Shown piece by piece: positions 1 through 12,194 of a stretch of DNA of 64,000 nucleotides (its first letter is position 1; each line of letters begins with the position of its first letter). Under the pieces are notes generated by a model. It was not told the origin of the DNA. It saw only the letters and a list, made by a program, of their open reading frames with translations, and ran no database searches. The stretch is from Takakia lepidozioides. Taxonomy: Eukaryota; Plantae; Bryophyta. The position numbers were made by a program, and so were the translations under genes. The DNA is taken from NCBI GenBank assembly GCA_030704615.1, contig CM060732.1:50468001-50532000 (forward strand). The letters are read 5' to 3'.

Positions 1-190
1 ACAAATGATGGGGGAAGTGGTGAAGCCCTCATGGAGTGCAATGATTGCAAGATATGCTCAACATGGATCTGGTACAGAGGCATTCAAAATGTATGAGCAA
101 ATGTTGCACGAAGGGGTGAAGCCCAACCACATCACATTTGTTTGTGTTTGCAATGCGTATGAAAGCCTGGGAGCCCTGGAAAAGCAAGGA
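1..190 (+). pseudogene. PLS-PPR fragment (P and start of L motif)
   Basis: SWSAMIARYAQHGSGTEAFKMYEQMLHEGVKPNHITFVCVC...LGALEK in ORF 5..262; then fuses into PDF exon tail/intron sequence (QGQCG|GTGAG). Confidence 0.9.
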
Positions 191-321
191 CAATGTGGTG
201 AGGGCACCTTCTTCGTCGACTTATTTCAGCCTGTTTTGCGCTCTCATCAGACTCAGTCCTGAGATGCATATTGAATTCTGTAAGTTAGCTCGTTGGGTGG
301 ATCTGTGGTGGTTTGGAATGA

Positions 322-540
322 CTTTGCCATCACAGTGAGAAGCTGGCCATTGGTTTTGGGCTGATCAGCACAATCCCTAGGATGCCTCTTCGTCTCATCA
401 AGAATCTTTGAGTGTGTGGTGACTACCACACTTCCACCAAATTCATCTCAAAGATTGTTGGTTGAGCAATTGTTGTATGGGTCGCTAACCGCTTTCACCA
501 CTTTGAAGATGGGATTTGTTCTTGTGGTGATTACTGGTGA
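322..540 (+). pseudogene. DYW deaminase domain fragment, inactivated
   Basis: Manual translation [70 protein letters not shown]; two TGA at conserved Arg positions and CxxC changed to CxxY. Confidence 0.95.
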
Positions 541-1044
541 AAGGATGTTTTCTTGCCAACATGCAAGTGTCTTGCTTCATTCATTGATATGTGTAGCTAT
601 TCAGACCATCCACCATTTCCTCAGAGTCTTGACCATCATGTACTGCCAGAGAGGGCTGGAGGATCAGATGAGGGTTTGACAGATTCAACAAAAATCATTA
701 ACAGAGGGTGGCTGAACACTGGGGATTCTACTGCTCACAGTCCCGAATGTGCATGGATTAATAAAGGGGAAGTCCAAAACACTGGATGGGATGCCTTCCC
801 TTCCTCACCCATAATTCTGTTTCTGTCAACAATGGCTGAGATGCTATCCCTTGCAATTCTACAGTTAATGTTGCATACAATCTGTCAGGTGGGTGGTCAC
901 CCTCCAACACTGCAATGAGCCCCAGTTGTGTTCCTTTTGGGACATAAACAGACAAGAATTGTGGCTAGCCAGTCATGGAGGCAAATAATGAAGTTAGAGC
1001 CATGCCATCACATTAAGCCCTCATTGGTATGGACCGGCTAAGCA

Positions 1045-1530
1045 GATTTGGTGTCATGGAACGCCATGCTTGCAGGATATCCACAGCAGGGCCACATGAT
1101 GGAGGCCTGGGGGAAAGGGTGAAGCCCGACCACATGGAATTGTACCAAATGTCATTCTGGACACTGCCCTAGTGGACATGTATGAATGAGATGTGGTGCC
1201 GTGGAATGCGATGATCGCAGGATATGCCCAACATGTTTTGATTCCGTGAGTCAAAATCATGGCCTCGCTCCTACAATGGAGCATTTTGGCTGCATGGTGG
1301 ACCTTCTTGGCTGCGCAGGTCGAGTGGAGGTGGCAAAGGACTTCATGAATAAAATGCCAAACGAACCAGTTGCTTCAGTGTGGCAGGCCTTGCTTGGTGC
1401 TTGCAGAATTCATGGCAAGGTGGAGGTGGCAGAAAGTGCAGCAAAATGCCTTTCTAAATGGGATCCACAGGATGCTGCTATTTATGTGTTACTATCAAGG
1501 CTGGCAGGCGGGACGATACTGCCAAGATGA
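1045..1530 (+). pseudogene. PPR scraps followed by L2/S2-E1-E2 fragment
   Basis: ORF 1186..1530: EHFGCMVDLLGCAGRVEVAKDFMNKMPNEPVASVWQALLGACRIHGKVEVAESAAKCL...YVLLS. Confidence 0.9.
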
Positions 1531-2746
1531 GAAACATGTGGGAACAAAGTCACCACCCTGGCATTGGTGGGGGAAACTCTTTAAATTGGCTCCCAAGATA
1601 GAAAAATTTGGGTATGCTCTCTGTTCATTTCTATCGCAAATGAGAGAGATTATCATGGTAATATTGAGAATGAGAAGATGTAGTCATTTTCTGTTGCTAT
1701 GAATGTTGGTATTAGCTATCATTGTGATTGTTGGGTACTATGTGCCCTTGGGTATGGTAGATTCAGCGTGGTTTCGAATGCGAAAGAGCGTTTCCTACAC
1801 TTTTCTCGGGGCTGATGGAGAAAGATAAAAGAATGCATTGTTGAGTGCATAGATTCATAAATAAATTGCTACGGACTAAGTTGTGACTTGTTTGCGCAGG
1901 CCTGGGCCCTGACAACAGACTTGACCTCTGATCAAGCCCTAATGTATTTTCTTAAGCATGTTCTATGATCACATGCCTAATACTAGACACCCTGAGATAC
2001 CAGATGTAGGGCTGAGTGTTGATCGAGTGTGATCTTGCACTCAAAAGCCTTCATCAATTTACTGCGACAGGAAATAAATGTAGTGACAGGTGCGATAATG
2101 ACAATGCAGGGAGGGTTAAAGTTGATGCAATCGAAGAAGCCTATACTATCCAAGTATACCAGGACTTGCTATTCACAGCTGGGGCCTTTGTCGAGGGTGG
2201 CAGCGCTAAGGTTACTTAAGCTTTCAAACCTTTGACATTAAAACACCAAATTTTTTTGATTAAGGAAGCATAATTTGTATAGCTGAATATTGTTTGTCCT
2301 TAAGCTTAAGTTATGGTGAGTTATGTTGTGTTCAATTGAGTTTCAGAAATGCTTGTAACAATGTATTGAGCTCTACAAAGATATTTGCATGTGTCTAATA
2401 TGACTATGTGCAATACAAGTCTGGCCATTAAAGAATTCAAAAAATGCAAAAACTAGTGAGAGTGGTCGGGACCATCAGGTAGTACCTCTCTAAGTTAATT
2501 CTTACAATGTCCGTGTGTATACGCAAGTAATGACAATAGATTCTTGATGGTCCTTCAACGTCTGTACAAGACGAGACGAAAATTGTCAGGAAGTACAAGT
2601 GCTAAAGACTACTAACAGTAAGACTATTCCAACAAACACTTCATGTCACGATAAAGAGAAACCTTCCCATAGGTGCAAAGCTTTGGCCAAGCAGAAGGAA
2701 GTATTGGGAAGGGAGTTACTGGAAATTAGGCAAGAAAGGTGTGTCT

Positions 2747-3402
2747 GTTTGTCTCTAGAAAAACAATAGAACCATGTACAGTATCACATGTCTAGATCTC
2801 AATTGAGACTACATAATTCTTTTCACTGTCACTCCTATGTTTACTAAGGCTCTTATGTGCTATTCTCATTCCTCCTCTATCATTACAGTATTGTTGTAAC
2901 CTGGGCAGAGAGCTATTCACACCTAATCCTCCCAAACAGAATTATAGTAGGTACACAACGTATTTCTCTCCTCTCTCCTGTTCCGCTCAAACAAGGCTAT
3001 GGCAAGCAAACAACGTCTCTCTCTCCTTCTTTCCTGTTCCTCTCAAACAAGGCTTTGCTTGTAATGTCTCTTTCTCCTTCTGTCCTATTCCGCTCAAACA
3101 AGGCTTTGCTTGCAATGTCTCTCTCTCCTTCTCTCCTGCAGTTCAAGAAGTTCAAGAAAATCAAGAAGACTGAGTGCCACCCGATGGTTCTGGGGTCAAA
3201 TCTTGCTATTTAGACGCCTTTGTGGTGAGGTTGCTGTGGAAGAGGTTATTTTTTCCTATCACTATTAAGAGGCTTGATTTGTGAGCTGTCGCTCTCAGGT
3301 GGTTTTAAGAACTGTCATCAAGCTCTGTCGTAGGTTGGTCGAATTGTAGGGATGAAGATAATAAAAGCCTAAACCACCAACTTCCGGGGGCGATTCGGAG
3401 GT
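2747..3402. repeat. ~656-bp dispersed repeat, copy 1 (copy 2 at 18787-19444)
   Basis: Near-identical from gtttgtctctagaaaaacaa to cttccgggggcgattcggaggt; contains four short ctcaaacaaggct units. Confidence 0.9.
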
Positions 3403-3531
3403 AAGAATTGAAAGGAAACCAAAGTTCAAATGAGCCTATTGCTCAACACACACACCATCGAGGGGACAATGGGACAGTAGAAGTACGATCATGAAGGATT
3501 GAACCCAGGATCACCCTGGTTATGCACTCTA

Positions 3532-4360
3532 TTCAAAGCAGGGGGGGTCTGTTTTCACAGTTTACATGAACCTCACAAGGATGACTGATACCATAATTCA
3601 CAGCAATCCCAGCAGATGAAGGGCCATGCATGGAATAGCACCATGACATCTTGCATCAAAAGAGCCAAGTGCTACCTGATTTGACCCCTTATGGAGGTCA
3701 TGGCACTTGTTCAAAGCAGGGGGGGTCTGTTTTCACAGTTTCCATGAACCTCACAAGGGGACTGATACCATAATGCACAGCAATCCCAGCTTATGAAGGG
3801 CCGTCCAAGGAACAGCACCATGACATCTTGCATCCAGAGAGCCAATTTCGACCTGATTTGACCCAATATGGAGGTCATGGCACTTGTTCAAAGCAAGGGG
3901 GGTCTGTTTTCACAGTTTACAGCCACCTTACAATGGGGGACTGATACCATAATTCAAAGCAATCCCAGCAGATGAAGGGTCATGCAAGGAACAGCACCAT
4001 GACATATTTCACCCAAAGAGCCAATTTCGACCTGATTTGACCCAATATGGAGGTCATGGCACTTGTTCAAAGCAAGGGGGGTCTGTTTTCACAGTTTACA
4101 GCCACCTTACAAGGGGGTACTGATACCATAATTCAAAGCAATCCCAGCAGATGAAGGGTCATGCAAGGAACAACACCATGACATATTGCATCCAAAGAGC
4201 CAATTTCGACCTGATTTGACCCAATATGGAGGTCATGGCACTTGTTCAACGCAGGGGGGGGGTTCTGTTTTCACAGTTTACAGCCACCTCAAAAGGGGGT
4301 ACTGATGCCATAATTCACAGCAATCCCAGCAGAAGAAGGCACTTGCAAGGAACAGCACCA
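3532..4360. repeat. Tandem repeat, ~178-bp unit, ~4.6 copies
   Basis: ttcaa(a/c)gca...ctgttttcacagttt recurs at 3532, 3710, 3887, 4066 and 4245 (periods 177-179). Confidence 0.95.
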
Positions 4361-5686
4361 CACTCACACAAGCAGTCTCAAGCTAGCTACTGTGCATGAG
4401 TGGGATTTGACTTCCTCAACTGTAGTGGTTTCTGGAACACTCACATCATGAATGAGTAGATTTAAACACTGCAGTTCATTCAGTATCTGCCCAACACTTA
4501 ATACTACACTGTAAAACAATTAATGATGGTGTCTACCATGTAGGCAAGTCCCTGCAAACATTTGCTACAACAGATTCAGTCAATCGGACTCCCCTACTAC
4601 TAGAGTTCACATCACATGGCTGTCAACCAGTCTGTCAGAAAAAACCTTGAACTTAACTAGGTAGCAAAAGAGGTGGAACTAAACATTGTGAGGTCTAAGT
4701 ACTAAAACACACAGCAAAGACACCAATTTCCACCTACTGTCTTGGTACCATTCATCAAGAGGGGGTGTTTCCTCCTTTGTAATATCCATACCATGTAACA
4801 CAAGTATTGTTTTGGTTCCCTGCCAAAGCAGACAGCCCAGTAGAGACTTAAATTGACCACTGCACATACAGATCAAGCCCCACCTTAGAACATAATGTTG
4901 TAATCTCTCCAACTCAAACACGCCCCTTGAATCCCAGTATGCCTAAGCATTTTCTCCAAATCAGAGAAGACCTCAACACACAAGCATATTATGACAATTG
5001 CTTCTTCACGGAGTCGTTCATTGCAATCCAAATGCTCCAGCCTTTGCACAGGATAGAGAAGGTCAACATGACCAGCACCTTCCACGTCACTTACACACAT
5101 ATACACACAAAAAGAACTTGCCTCAAGGCTGAATGGGTCCTTTTGTTATGGAAATCACTTTGTGCACACCGGACCACTCTGTCACAACTATAATTACGTC
5201 AGCTGTGGTGGCCATGAAGAGATAGAGACACATTTTAAAATTGTGGGTCTATGACTGTAAAATCCAAGGCTCGTTACAAATTCATTTTATACAAAGCAGT
5301 GATCAGGCAACAGTCATTTACAGTAGGGTACTTGTGATTTGTGTCTAAGTTTTCAGTCACTTGGACTTCCCCTTTGACGTCCCACGTTTATGAGGTTGAG
5401 CAGCAGCACGGGTTGTCTTTGCTATAGAGATCCCTTGGACACAGACTTGGCCATCATTTTCCTTACACAACAATTACCTTGGTGCAGACTAACATTTTCC
5501 TAAAACTCAAGAAATGGATTTTGCTTCATCCAATCTGGTTGCCAAAGGAGTATAAAGACAAATATCAGCTTTCAGAGAGCACATTTTTCACTTTATGCAA
5601 TTTCTGCGGGCAGCTAAGTGACCTACACTAATGGTAGCAAAAATAAGATTTGAATATAGACAAACAATGAGCAGTCTCTACACCAG

Positions 5687-6714
5687 TCATTTGTTTGCCT
5701 CAATGAATTCGCGGTACTCCCTTTTCATTTTGACACCAGCTATATCCCTGCAAACAAGAACAACCCAATTCAGCATAACTAACATCGTGCCTTTGTTATC
5801 AGCTGAAGAGCCATCCCACTCTGCGAAACCAAAACGAAATCTCTCTCTCTGACTCTCCTTGAGTTTGTCCCTGTCCCTTATTGTGCCTTAGTTCCAAGAA
5901 TTACCTTTGCCAGCTGTTTCAGTCTCAAATAATAATAGAGCTTCGGCTAGTGCCCTAGCTGTGTTTACGTGGCTACACTCTAAAACAAAACAGGGGCATT
6001 TGAACAGTTGAAGTGACTTGTGTGTGATAGAACCACTTTAAGCCTGTATGACCAAAAACCAGCATGAAGCCATCTTTGCCTAGACTATGCTGAGAAGGCC
6101 TGTATGCTCCTCTCCCATGAATAAAGCTTGACACCATGGCATTCTTCATCCTTCTTCAGATGTCCAGGCAGTATGCAAAAGAGCCTGAGGTCTGCACCTT
6201 ATTAACAATAGGTTTGAGTGTTTGGCAAAGCCCGCAAGTAGGTGAAGTGTACATGACCCCAAGCAACCGAGGGCTCTCATGATACAGTTTCCTTAGCGCG
6301 TACTATATAAAAGGAAGACAATTAGAGGACTCTTTGATGGATACAATACTACAAAACGCTGATGCTTTATCGGACATTTACTTTCACTCAAACACAATGG
6401 ACCCACCTCTCAGTTCATGCTCAAATCAAAGGCTCTGTTGCGTTGAAATCGATAAAAAGAAGAGACAGGTCATCAAATCACCATCACTCGTACAGTAACT
6501 GGGCCCTAAACTTGCTGAAATATGTTCACTACCAAAACTAAGAGGACAACGTTCAGTTTATGATCACAGTTGTCCAGCACAGCATCATAGGCGATTAAAC
6601 AGTAGGGCAATGAATGAATGAACACCACCAGGCTACAGTATCACGAGAGCGACATGACCTCTTGGTTACCTGAAGATCTCCGGCAGCATATACACCCTCC
6701 ACTGACGTATCAGT
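5687..6714 (-). pseudogene. NTRC: 3' fragment of NADPH-thioredoxin reductase C with introns
   Basis: Exons with canonical splice sites: 6670-6714 TSVEGVYAAGDLQ|gt; 6198-6302 ag|[35 protein letters not shown]|gt; 5687-5747 ag|DIAGVKMKREYREFIEANK*. Matches the NTRC C-terminus; intervening exons are missing or degenerate and CGPC is CGLC. Confidence 0.9.
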
Positions 6715-6921
6715 GCTGTTTTTCGATTCTTTCCTGTTGCCACATTGGCAGTAACATGTTAAGATCACTCCAAAACCACCATAGATCCACCAACGAGCTA
6801 CCATGCAGAGTTCAACATCGGAATTTAGGGACGACTATGATAACAGGATCTCAGGGCCGAGTTTCATGAGAGGTAAAACAGGCTGAAACAGGTCGAAGAA
6901 GAAGGTGCCCTCACCACATTG
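6715..6921 (-). pseudogene. PDF-PPR gene intron and acceptor fused to the NTRC fragment
   Basis: CAATGTG|gtgagggcaccttcttc...actgccaatgtggcaacag|GAAAG, homologous to 189-325, 15200-15260 and 30845-30900. Confidence 0.8.
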
Positions 6922-6984
6922 CGTGAAACCCCTCCGCGCTCGAGCACGCCCTTCCCCGCGCTGCTTTTTGGGCATTTCGGGCAG

Positions 6985-7125
6985 GTTCCAAAGAAATTGA
7001 CGACGACGAACGTGGCACTATGGCACCCTATTCCTGCTCTACGCTAAACTAGCTTCCGACCTTCGGTCGTCGCTAGAACTAGGGCTTCGCGTTGCTCCGC
7101 ACTACTAGCGACGAATTCTGAGAAC
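6985..7125 (-). mobile_element. Helentron/Helitron2-like head-to-tail terminal junction 1
   Basis: 10-bp inverted repeat tcgtcgctag (7067-7076) / ctagcgacga (7105-7114), hairpin ctagcttccgaccttcggtcgtcgctag, AA/TT at 7077-7078; module repeated four times. Confidence 0.75.
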
Positions 7126-7610
7126 TAAGAGTGATTCTTTTGATAATTGGAAATATATACTATGCAAAAAACATGAGGAACTATGCAAAAGTATAACCGT
7201 CATAGGCATACCCCTATCTATGCCCAAGAAGTGAGGGGGAGTTGAACCCCATTTTCTGCCCGGTATGCAGACACCTCCCCCCCCCCCCCCCCCCTCCCCC
7301 TCCCCCTCCCCCTACCCTTCCGTCCGTCCGTCCGTCCGTCCGTCCCCAAGTCCGTCCCCAAGTCCCTCCCCAAGCATCAGACATCACATCAAATAACCAT
7401 CCCATGTAGCTGCACTGATCGCCCTCCCGAAATAAGGAAAGAAAAAAAAACATCCAGAAAAATTGAGAAACCCAAGCCCTCCATAGCTTCCCGACACTGA
7501 GCCTCGAAGGAAACAACAAATACCGATGCACACACCTATGGCACTCCCAACATTTGGCTGGATCCCACGCAATAGCAAACCAGCACCACGCACACTACAC
7601 CATTTTAAAT

Positions 7611-8429
7611 TTAATGTTGTTTTGGAAATGGCTCAATTCTTCGATTGTTTATGCAATCTCTCAAGTGGGTTCTCATGGCGGATGTTGCGTATCGGAAATG
7701 TGCGGGATTTAATCCGAATGCTATATCCGTGGCATAAGCTATTGCAAATATGCCACATGATGAATTGTTAGTCTGTTGCATGACATCGGCATAGATATAA
7801 TTGAATTGTGGGACTGGGATTAATTTCGCGAGATGTTCTATTTCGCTCGGTAGCCGCTTATCCGCGGGCATGCTGGAATCAAACACCGTACATTGACAAT
7901 TTGTTTCGTTCGGATTTATCATTGTTAGAATCCAATGGTTGTTGTTGACGAACACGTGCTGCAAACACTTCTTGGTGTATTTCGTTCTGCCTAGTAGAGT
8001 TGAATACGCATGTTGCTGGTAGTTTTGTGTTTCCAGTTCCTGATCAAATAGCATTTGCATCCCGGCCGCCAAATGCTGGTCACACAACCATCCATTGTCA
8101 TCCAAGATGATTTGTTCGTTATGCGCTGTCAATAGGAGATCTTCGTGCCAATATGTTTCTTGGCAGAAATCTGTGTCGGATTGTTTGTCTTCAGAATCGA
8201 TTTCTATGATTTCGAGCGGTGTGGGAGCTAATTCTGAGCAAGTTTGGTTTTCATTTGATTCTATCGGTGTGGGATGTTCGGCTTCAGAATTGGTTGGCAT
8301 TTTTAATTCTCCGAACGTGTGTCTTGGTTGGAGCGTTTTGGCGGCAAGGTTTGTATTCACCGTGCTGATGTGTTCCGTGGACTTGTGTGATTTTTGTTTT
8401 TGGACATTACAATCGGCTTGTGGAGCCAT
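7611..8429 (-). CDS. Ulp1/C48 SUMO-protease-like domain of the Helitron-like element
   Basis: GWLCDQHL...NNHWIL (His)...VFDS (Asp)...QQTNNSSCGIFAIAYA (Gln/Cys) in a 272-aa ORF directly downstream of the helicase. Confidence 0.85.
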   Translation of the reverse strand: MAPQADCNVQKQKSHKSTEHISTVNTNLAAKTLQPRHTFGELKMPTNSEAEHPTPIESNENQTCSELAPTPLEIIEIDSEDKQSDTDFCQETYWHEDLLLTAHNEQIILDDNGWLCDQHLAAGMQMLFDQELETQNYQQHAYSTLLGRTKYTKKCLQHVFVNNNHWILTMINPNETNCQCTVFDSSMPADKRLPSEIEHLAKLIPVPQFNYIYADVMQQTNNSSCGIFAIAYATDIAFGLNPAHFRYATSAMRTHLRDCINNRRIEPFPKQH

Positions 8430-8459
8430 GAACTCTAGTGAGCCTGTCTTGAATTTGGC

Positions 8460-10410
8460 TCATTGGATGTCTTCGAACTTAATGTCCCGAAGTATTACTA
8501 GTCCTTGTAGGGAACGCAAACGAGACAGGGTGACGTAAATGTTGTGCATGTTCAAGAGGTGTCCATCTGGTGGTTTTTGCAAGTCGATGATTATCTTGTC
8601 GAAAGTTTTGCCTTGGCCTTTGTAGTCGGTTAGGCAGTATGCGGGTATCAGAGGCAATTGACGTCTGCTGATTTTGAATTTCTTTGGTTTTTTCAGTTCA
8701 TGATCCTCCGTGTGGTGATAATCGAACGTTCTTGAAACGGGTGAGATGGGCACTACGTTTTCTGGGAGATTTTCTAAATTTATGCTACTCAATGTTTGGT
8801 GTTGACTAATGAATTCCCCGAAGTCGATTAATACGTGATTTGGTGGGTGCATTAAATTATCTTCCCGTATGATCCAATCATCTTCTGTTGTCAAGATCCC
8901 CACTATTTATCCGACTGCACCGTTTACAAGCCCCAGTCTAGGATACAAATTGTCGGTTAGCATGACTGTCATGCATTTGTATAATTTCAGAAATGGAAGA
9001 AGGTTGTGGCTTCTATTCCCGAGTACGGTCTGTCGGATTGCGAATTGGAACTCGTCGCGGAGTGCGTGTTTTTTGTAGGTGTCTGTGGCTACTATGGTGT
9101 AGGACGCGTGGTTAGATTTACGTGTGTAGTATTCTATCATTTGGTGATTGATGGTGTTCTTTAACTGGTTTCGAGGTACAATATATGTTGCTTTATCCCA
9201 TGGTTCGTTGAAGAGGTTGATTTTCAGGTTTGACATGAATCTTGTTTGTAATAGTTCGAAGTCCGTTTGGGTGAAATTGTCTTCACGTAGATTCTGTAGC
9301 AATTTCGCATATTATAGATCGTGGGCTTGTCTCATTTGCTAGGTCAAAATGATTGTGTTAGGCCGTATATAATTTTCCCATAGGCTCTTGCCTATAATTT
9401 TTTTTTTTTTTGTATTTTGTGAATGTGAATATGGGTTGTATGTTCGTTGAATATAGAGGCGCGTCAGTGACTGGTGGAAACTGCATGAAATCGCCCATGA
9501 ACATTATGTTGAGTCCTCCGAATGGTAACATGTTTGATTTGAATTTTTGTAACTTCAGATGGATATCGGCGATCATGTCGCATCCGACCATAGATACTTC
9601 GTCTATAATCAAATAGTCTATCCCAGACCATTCGTTTATGAAACTTTTTGTGTCGGATTCGTCGACACTCTGGCTGATTTTTAGTCCCAATAGAGCGTGG
9701 ATGGTTGATCCCCCTATGAGGGTTGCGGCGTTTGCTGTGTAGGCACCGATTTTCAATATTTAGGGTCTCTTGGTTTTTATGAAGTACGTTTGGATTGCTT
9801 TAATTATTTCTGTCTTTCCCGTTCCAGCAGCACCTCCTACATACATTAACGTTTGTTTTCTTCCATCGAGATGGGGATTTTGTGGATCTATGAAATGTTC
9901 AAATGCTGATTCTTGCGAAGTGTTGAGCTTGTATTTTTTTATCACAAAATATTTAGCTATTTGATGTTGATCTCCTTTGTGCACGATATTAGGATCTACA
10001 TCGTAATTGTCGTCATCTGTGATATCCATTGATTCGATTTTTGGAATTTCTCTCAATTCTGGATTTTTGTGTTGGAGGTTAATGTTTTTGGATGACTGAG
10101 TTGCATTTGCAAACTCGTACAGGTCGTTGTCAATGCCGGTGGGCGGATTTTTGGATTCGCGTAATGTTTTCAACCATTTATTGATTTGGGTTCTATTTGA
10201 TTTTTTTGTTGCAGTTTGGATCATTCTTTTTTTTGGTGCGGTATGGTGTTGTGGTGATATTTTCCCGTTGGCATCCATAACGAGCTTGTTGGTAACCTCG
10301 GTCACATATTGATTTTCGCTTGTATTGCACATGAGATATTCGATTTGTAATTTTTGGCCTTTTGTGACTATGTCTTCTGTATGCTGTTGCGACGCTGAAT
10401 TGTCGTCCAC
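8460..10410 (-). pseudogene. PIF1-family SF1B helicase of the Helitron-like element, broken by stops and frameshifts
   Basis: Walker A GGAAGTGKT; AYTANAATLIGGSTIH; LIIDEVSMV; PFGGLNIMFMGDFMQFPPV; GLVNGAVG; RRQLPLIPAYCLTDYKGQGKTF; YVTLSRLRSLQGL. Confidence 0.93.
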
Positions 10411-10423
10411 ATATATATCGTCG

Positions 10424-11400
10424 TCATCGTCTGAGTCCGGAGGTGTCTATGACGGGCTGGATCGTATCGTCGTCTTTGTTGATTGGTGTTTTTTTGTTGT
10501 GCAAATCAGTTATGTTGGTACGATGTTCAGCGTTGGCGAAGTCAATGTCAGTGGATTCAAACACCAATCTCAAGATTGATGGTGGAATATCGTTCTCTGG
10601 TACTCCATCCAATATGTTGTTATCAATTTGAATGTTCTTGTAACCCGTGTGATTGTTTTTCAGCCACGTTAACCAGGTCGTCACAACAAGTCTATGTACG
10701 TGTAACAAATTACATGTTTTTACGACATTAATGGGTAGATGTGAAGTGCCGACGAAGTGGACGGCGACCATATCCGATAATGAATCTAAGGGAGGTGACA
10801 ATTTGTTCAACAATTCGACTGTACGGCCTGGATTTTGAGCAAAACTCACCAAATTTCCTCTCAATGCGCGTTGTCCATTTCCGCTCTTATTTACATATCG
10901 TAATTTGAACAACATGACACGACAACAGTATCTTGCTATCAATGCTTCTTCAACCATGGTTAACTTTGGCAAAATGTCGTGAACTTTTCCAATCCACAAA
11001 CCATTAGCGAGTGCAAATTTTGGCATCTTGTGGAACTACAGTTTTTGCAAATGAAGATTGTACGTGCAGTATTTGATACTCCTCGTTTGTCCAATAACAA
11101 CCCATTTAATTCATCCAGTTGATGTTTTGTGTCATTGATCAATTCTTGGGGAACGTCTTCTAAGAGAACATGTTCTTCAAAGTGGTTTTCTACTTGTAGG
11201 CTTAGCCATTTGTAATTCATCGATTCTCCATTTGAACATATTAGAGGTTGCTACGTCTCTGCTGCAAACACAACAATACTAATTGGTGAAAGTCGCATTG
11301 TTGATGTATTCGTTGAAGTTGGATAAACAAAACAAGTTGTTTTCCAAGCATATTTCTGGTGGGAACAGATTATGCTTTGGCTTTTTTACAGGAGTGCAAT
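10424..11400 (-). pseudogene. Helitron N-terminal Cys-rich/DUF6570-like region
   Basis: CCVC...ICKNC then MPKFALANGLWIG...LTMVEEALIAR...GQRALRGNLVSFAQ...WLKNNHTGY, the region that normally precedes the Rep domain. Confidence 0.8.
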
Positions 11401-11519
11401 ACATTTGTTCTCGTTTTCTTTTGAGTTTTTCTTTCTCGTCATTTTCGATTGCGATATATTTTTGAATTTTTGTAGCACATGTTTGATCTTTGATCAGTGG
11501 TTCTTGTGTTTCTGGAATT

Positions 11520-11905
11520 TGTATTTTCCCCTTCGTTTAGCATTTGTTTTGTCTGGATCTATTTCCGTGGTTTGTGTTGGGTTTTCGGATCTGTATTTGT
11601 CCCTTCGTTTAGCATTTGCTTCGTCCGGCTCGGGAGGCGGATGGGATTTCATTCCCGTGGTTTGTGGTGGATGTTGTGATCTGTATTTGTCCCTTCGTTT
11701 AGCATTTGTTTCATCTGGATCGGGTGGCGGATAGGATTCTATTCCCGTGATTTGTCAGATCTGTATTTGTCCCTTCGTTTAGCATTTGTTTCGTCCGGAT
11801 CGGGAGGCGGATGAGATTCTATGCCCGTGGTTTGTGGTGGATGGTCACATTTGTGTTTGTCCCTTCTTTTAGCATTTGTTTCGTCCGGATCGGGAGGTGG
11901 ATGTT
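11520..11905 (-). repeat. Five 72-90-bp tandem repeats at the 5' end of the Helitron ORF
   Basis: gtatttgtcccttcgtttagcatttg at ~11521, 11593, 11683, 11763 and 11853; the minus strand reads PPPDPDETNAKRRDKYRS. Confidence 0.85.
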
Positions 11906-12194
11906 CACTATGCAACACGTGTTCGTTCCTGTGTGGTGGTACACATTAATTAATTAATTATTTGTTTTCCAATATTAAGTTTGAATATTAATGGATTTAA
12001 TTTATTATTATTATTATTATAGGAAAAATGGATAGTGGCCTGGATGAGAACATTATTAAATAACAAAATATTGAAATTATGTTTTTAGAAATTATATTTA
12101 TTCGCTCAGATACCAAAACACACCATTTGCAGGGAAGGAGAGTTTGCCTTAGTGTCTATGCTGAGTTGCGTCTCCTACTCTCTGTATCTAATAG

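Noticed and set aside
322-540. TGA/TAA at conserved Arg/Gln codons (also E*D at 55419 and elsewhere) as possible U-to-C editing substrates
   Set aside because: The sequence is nuclear and has many frameshifts and matching G-to-A changes; methyl-C deamination explains it.
3532-4360. CRISPR-like array
   Set aside because: Whole units are repeated with no unique spacers; eukaryotic context and no cas genes.
4679-5193. Short ORFs with faint transposase-like wording
   Set aside because: No motif I can confidently assign.
7214-7531. Gly-rich ORF duplicated at 22983-23412
   Set aside because: Arises from poly-C and (CGTC)n tracts in the non-coding Helentron terminal region.
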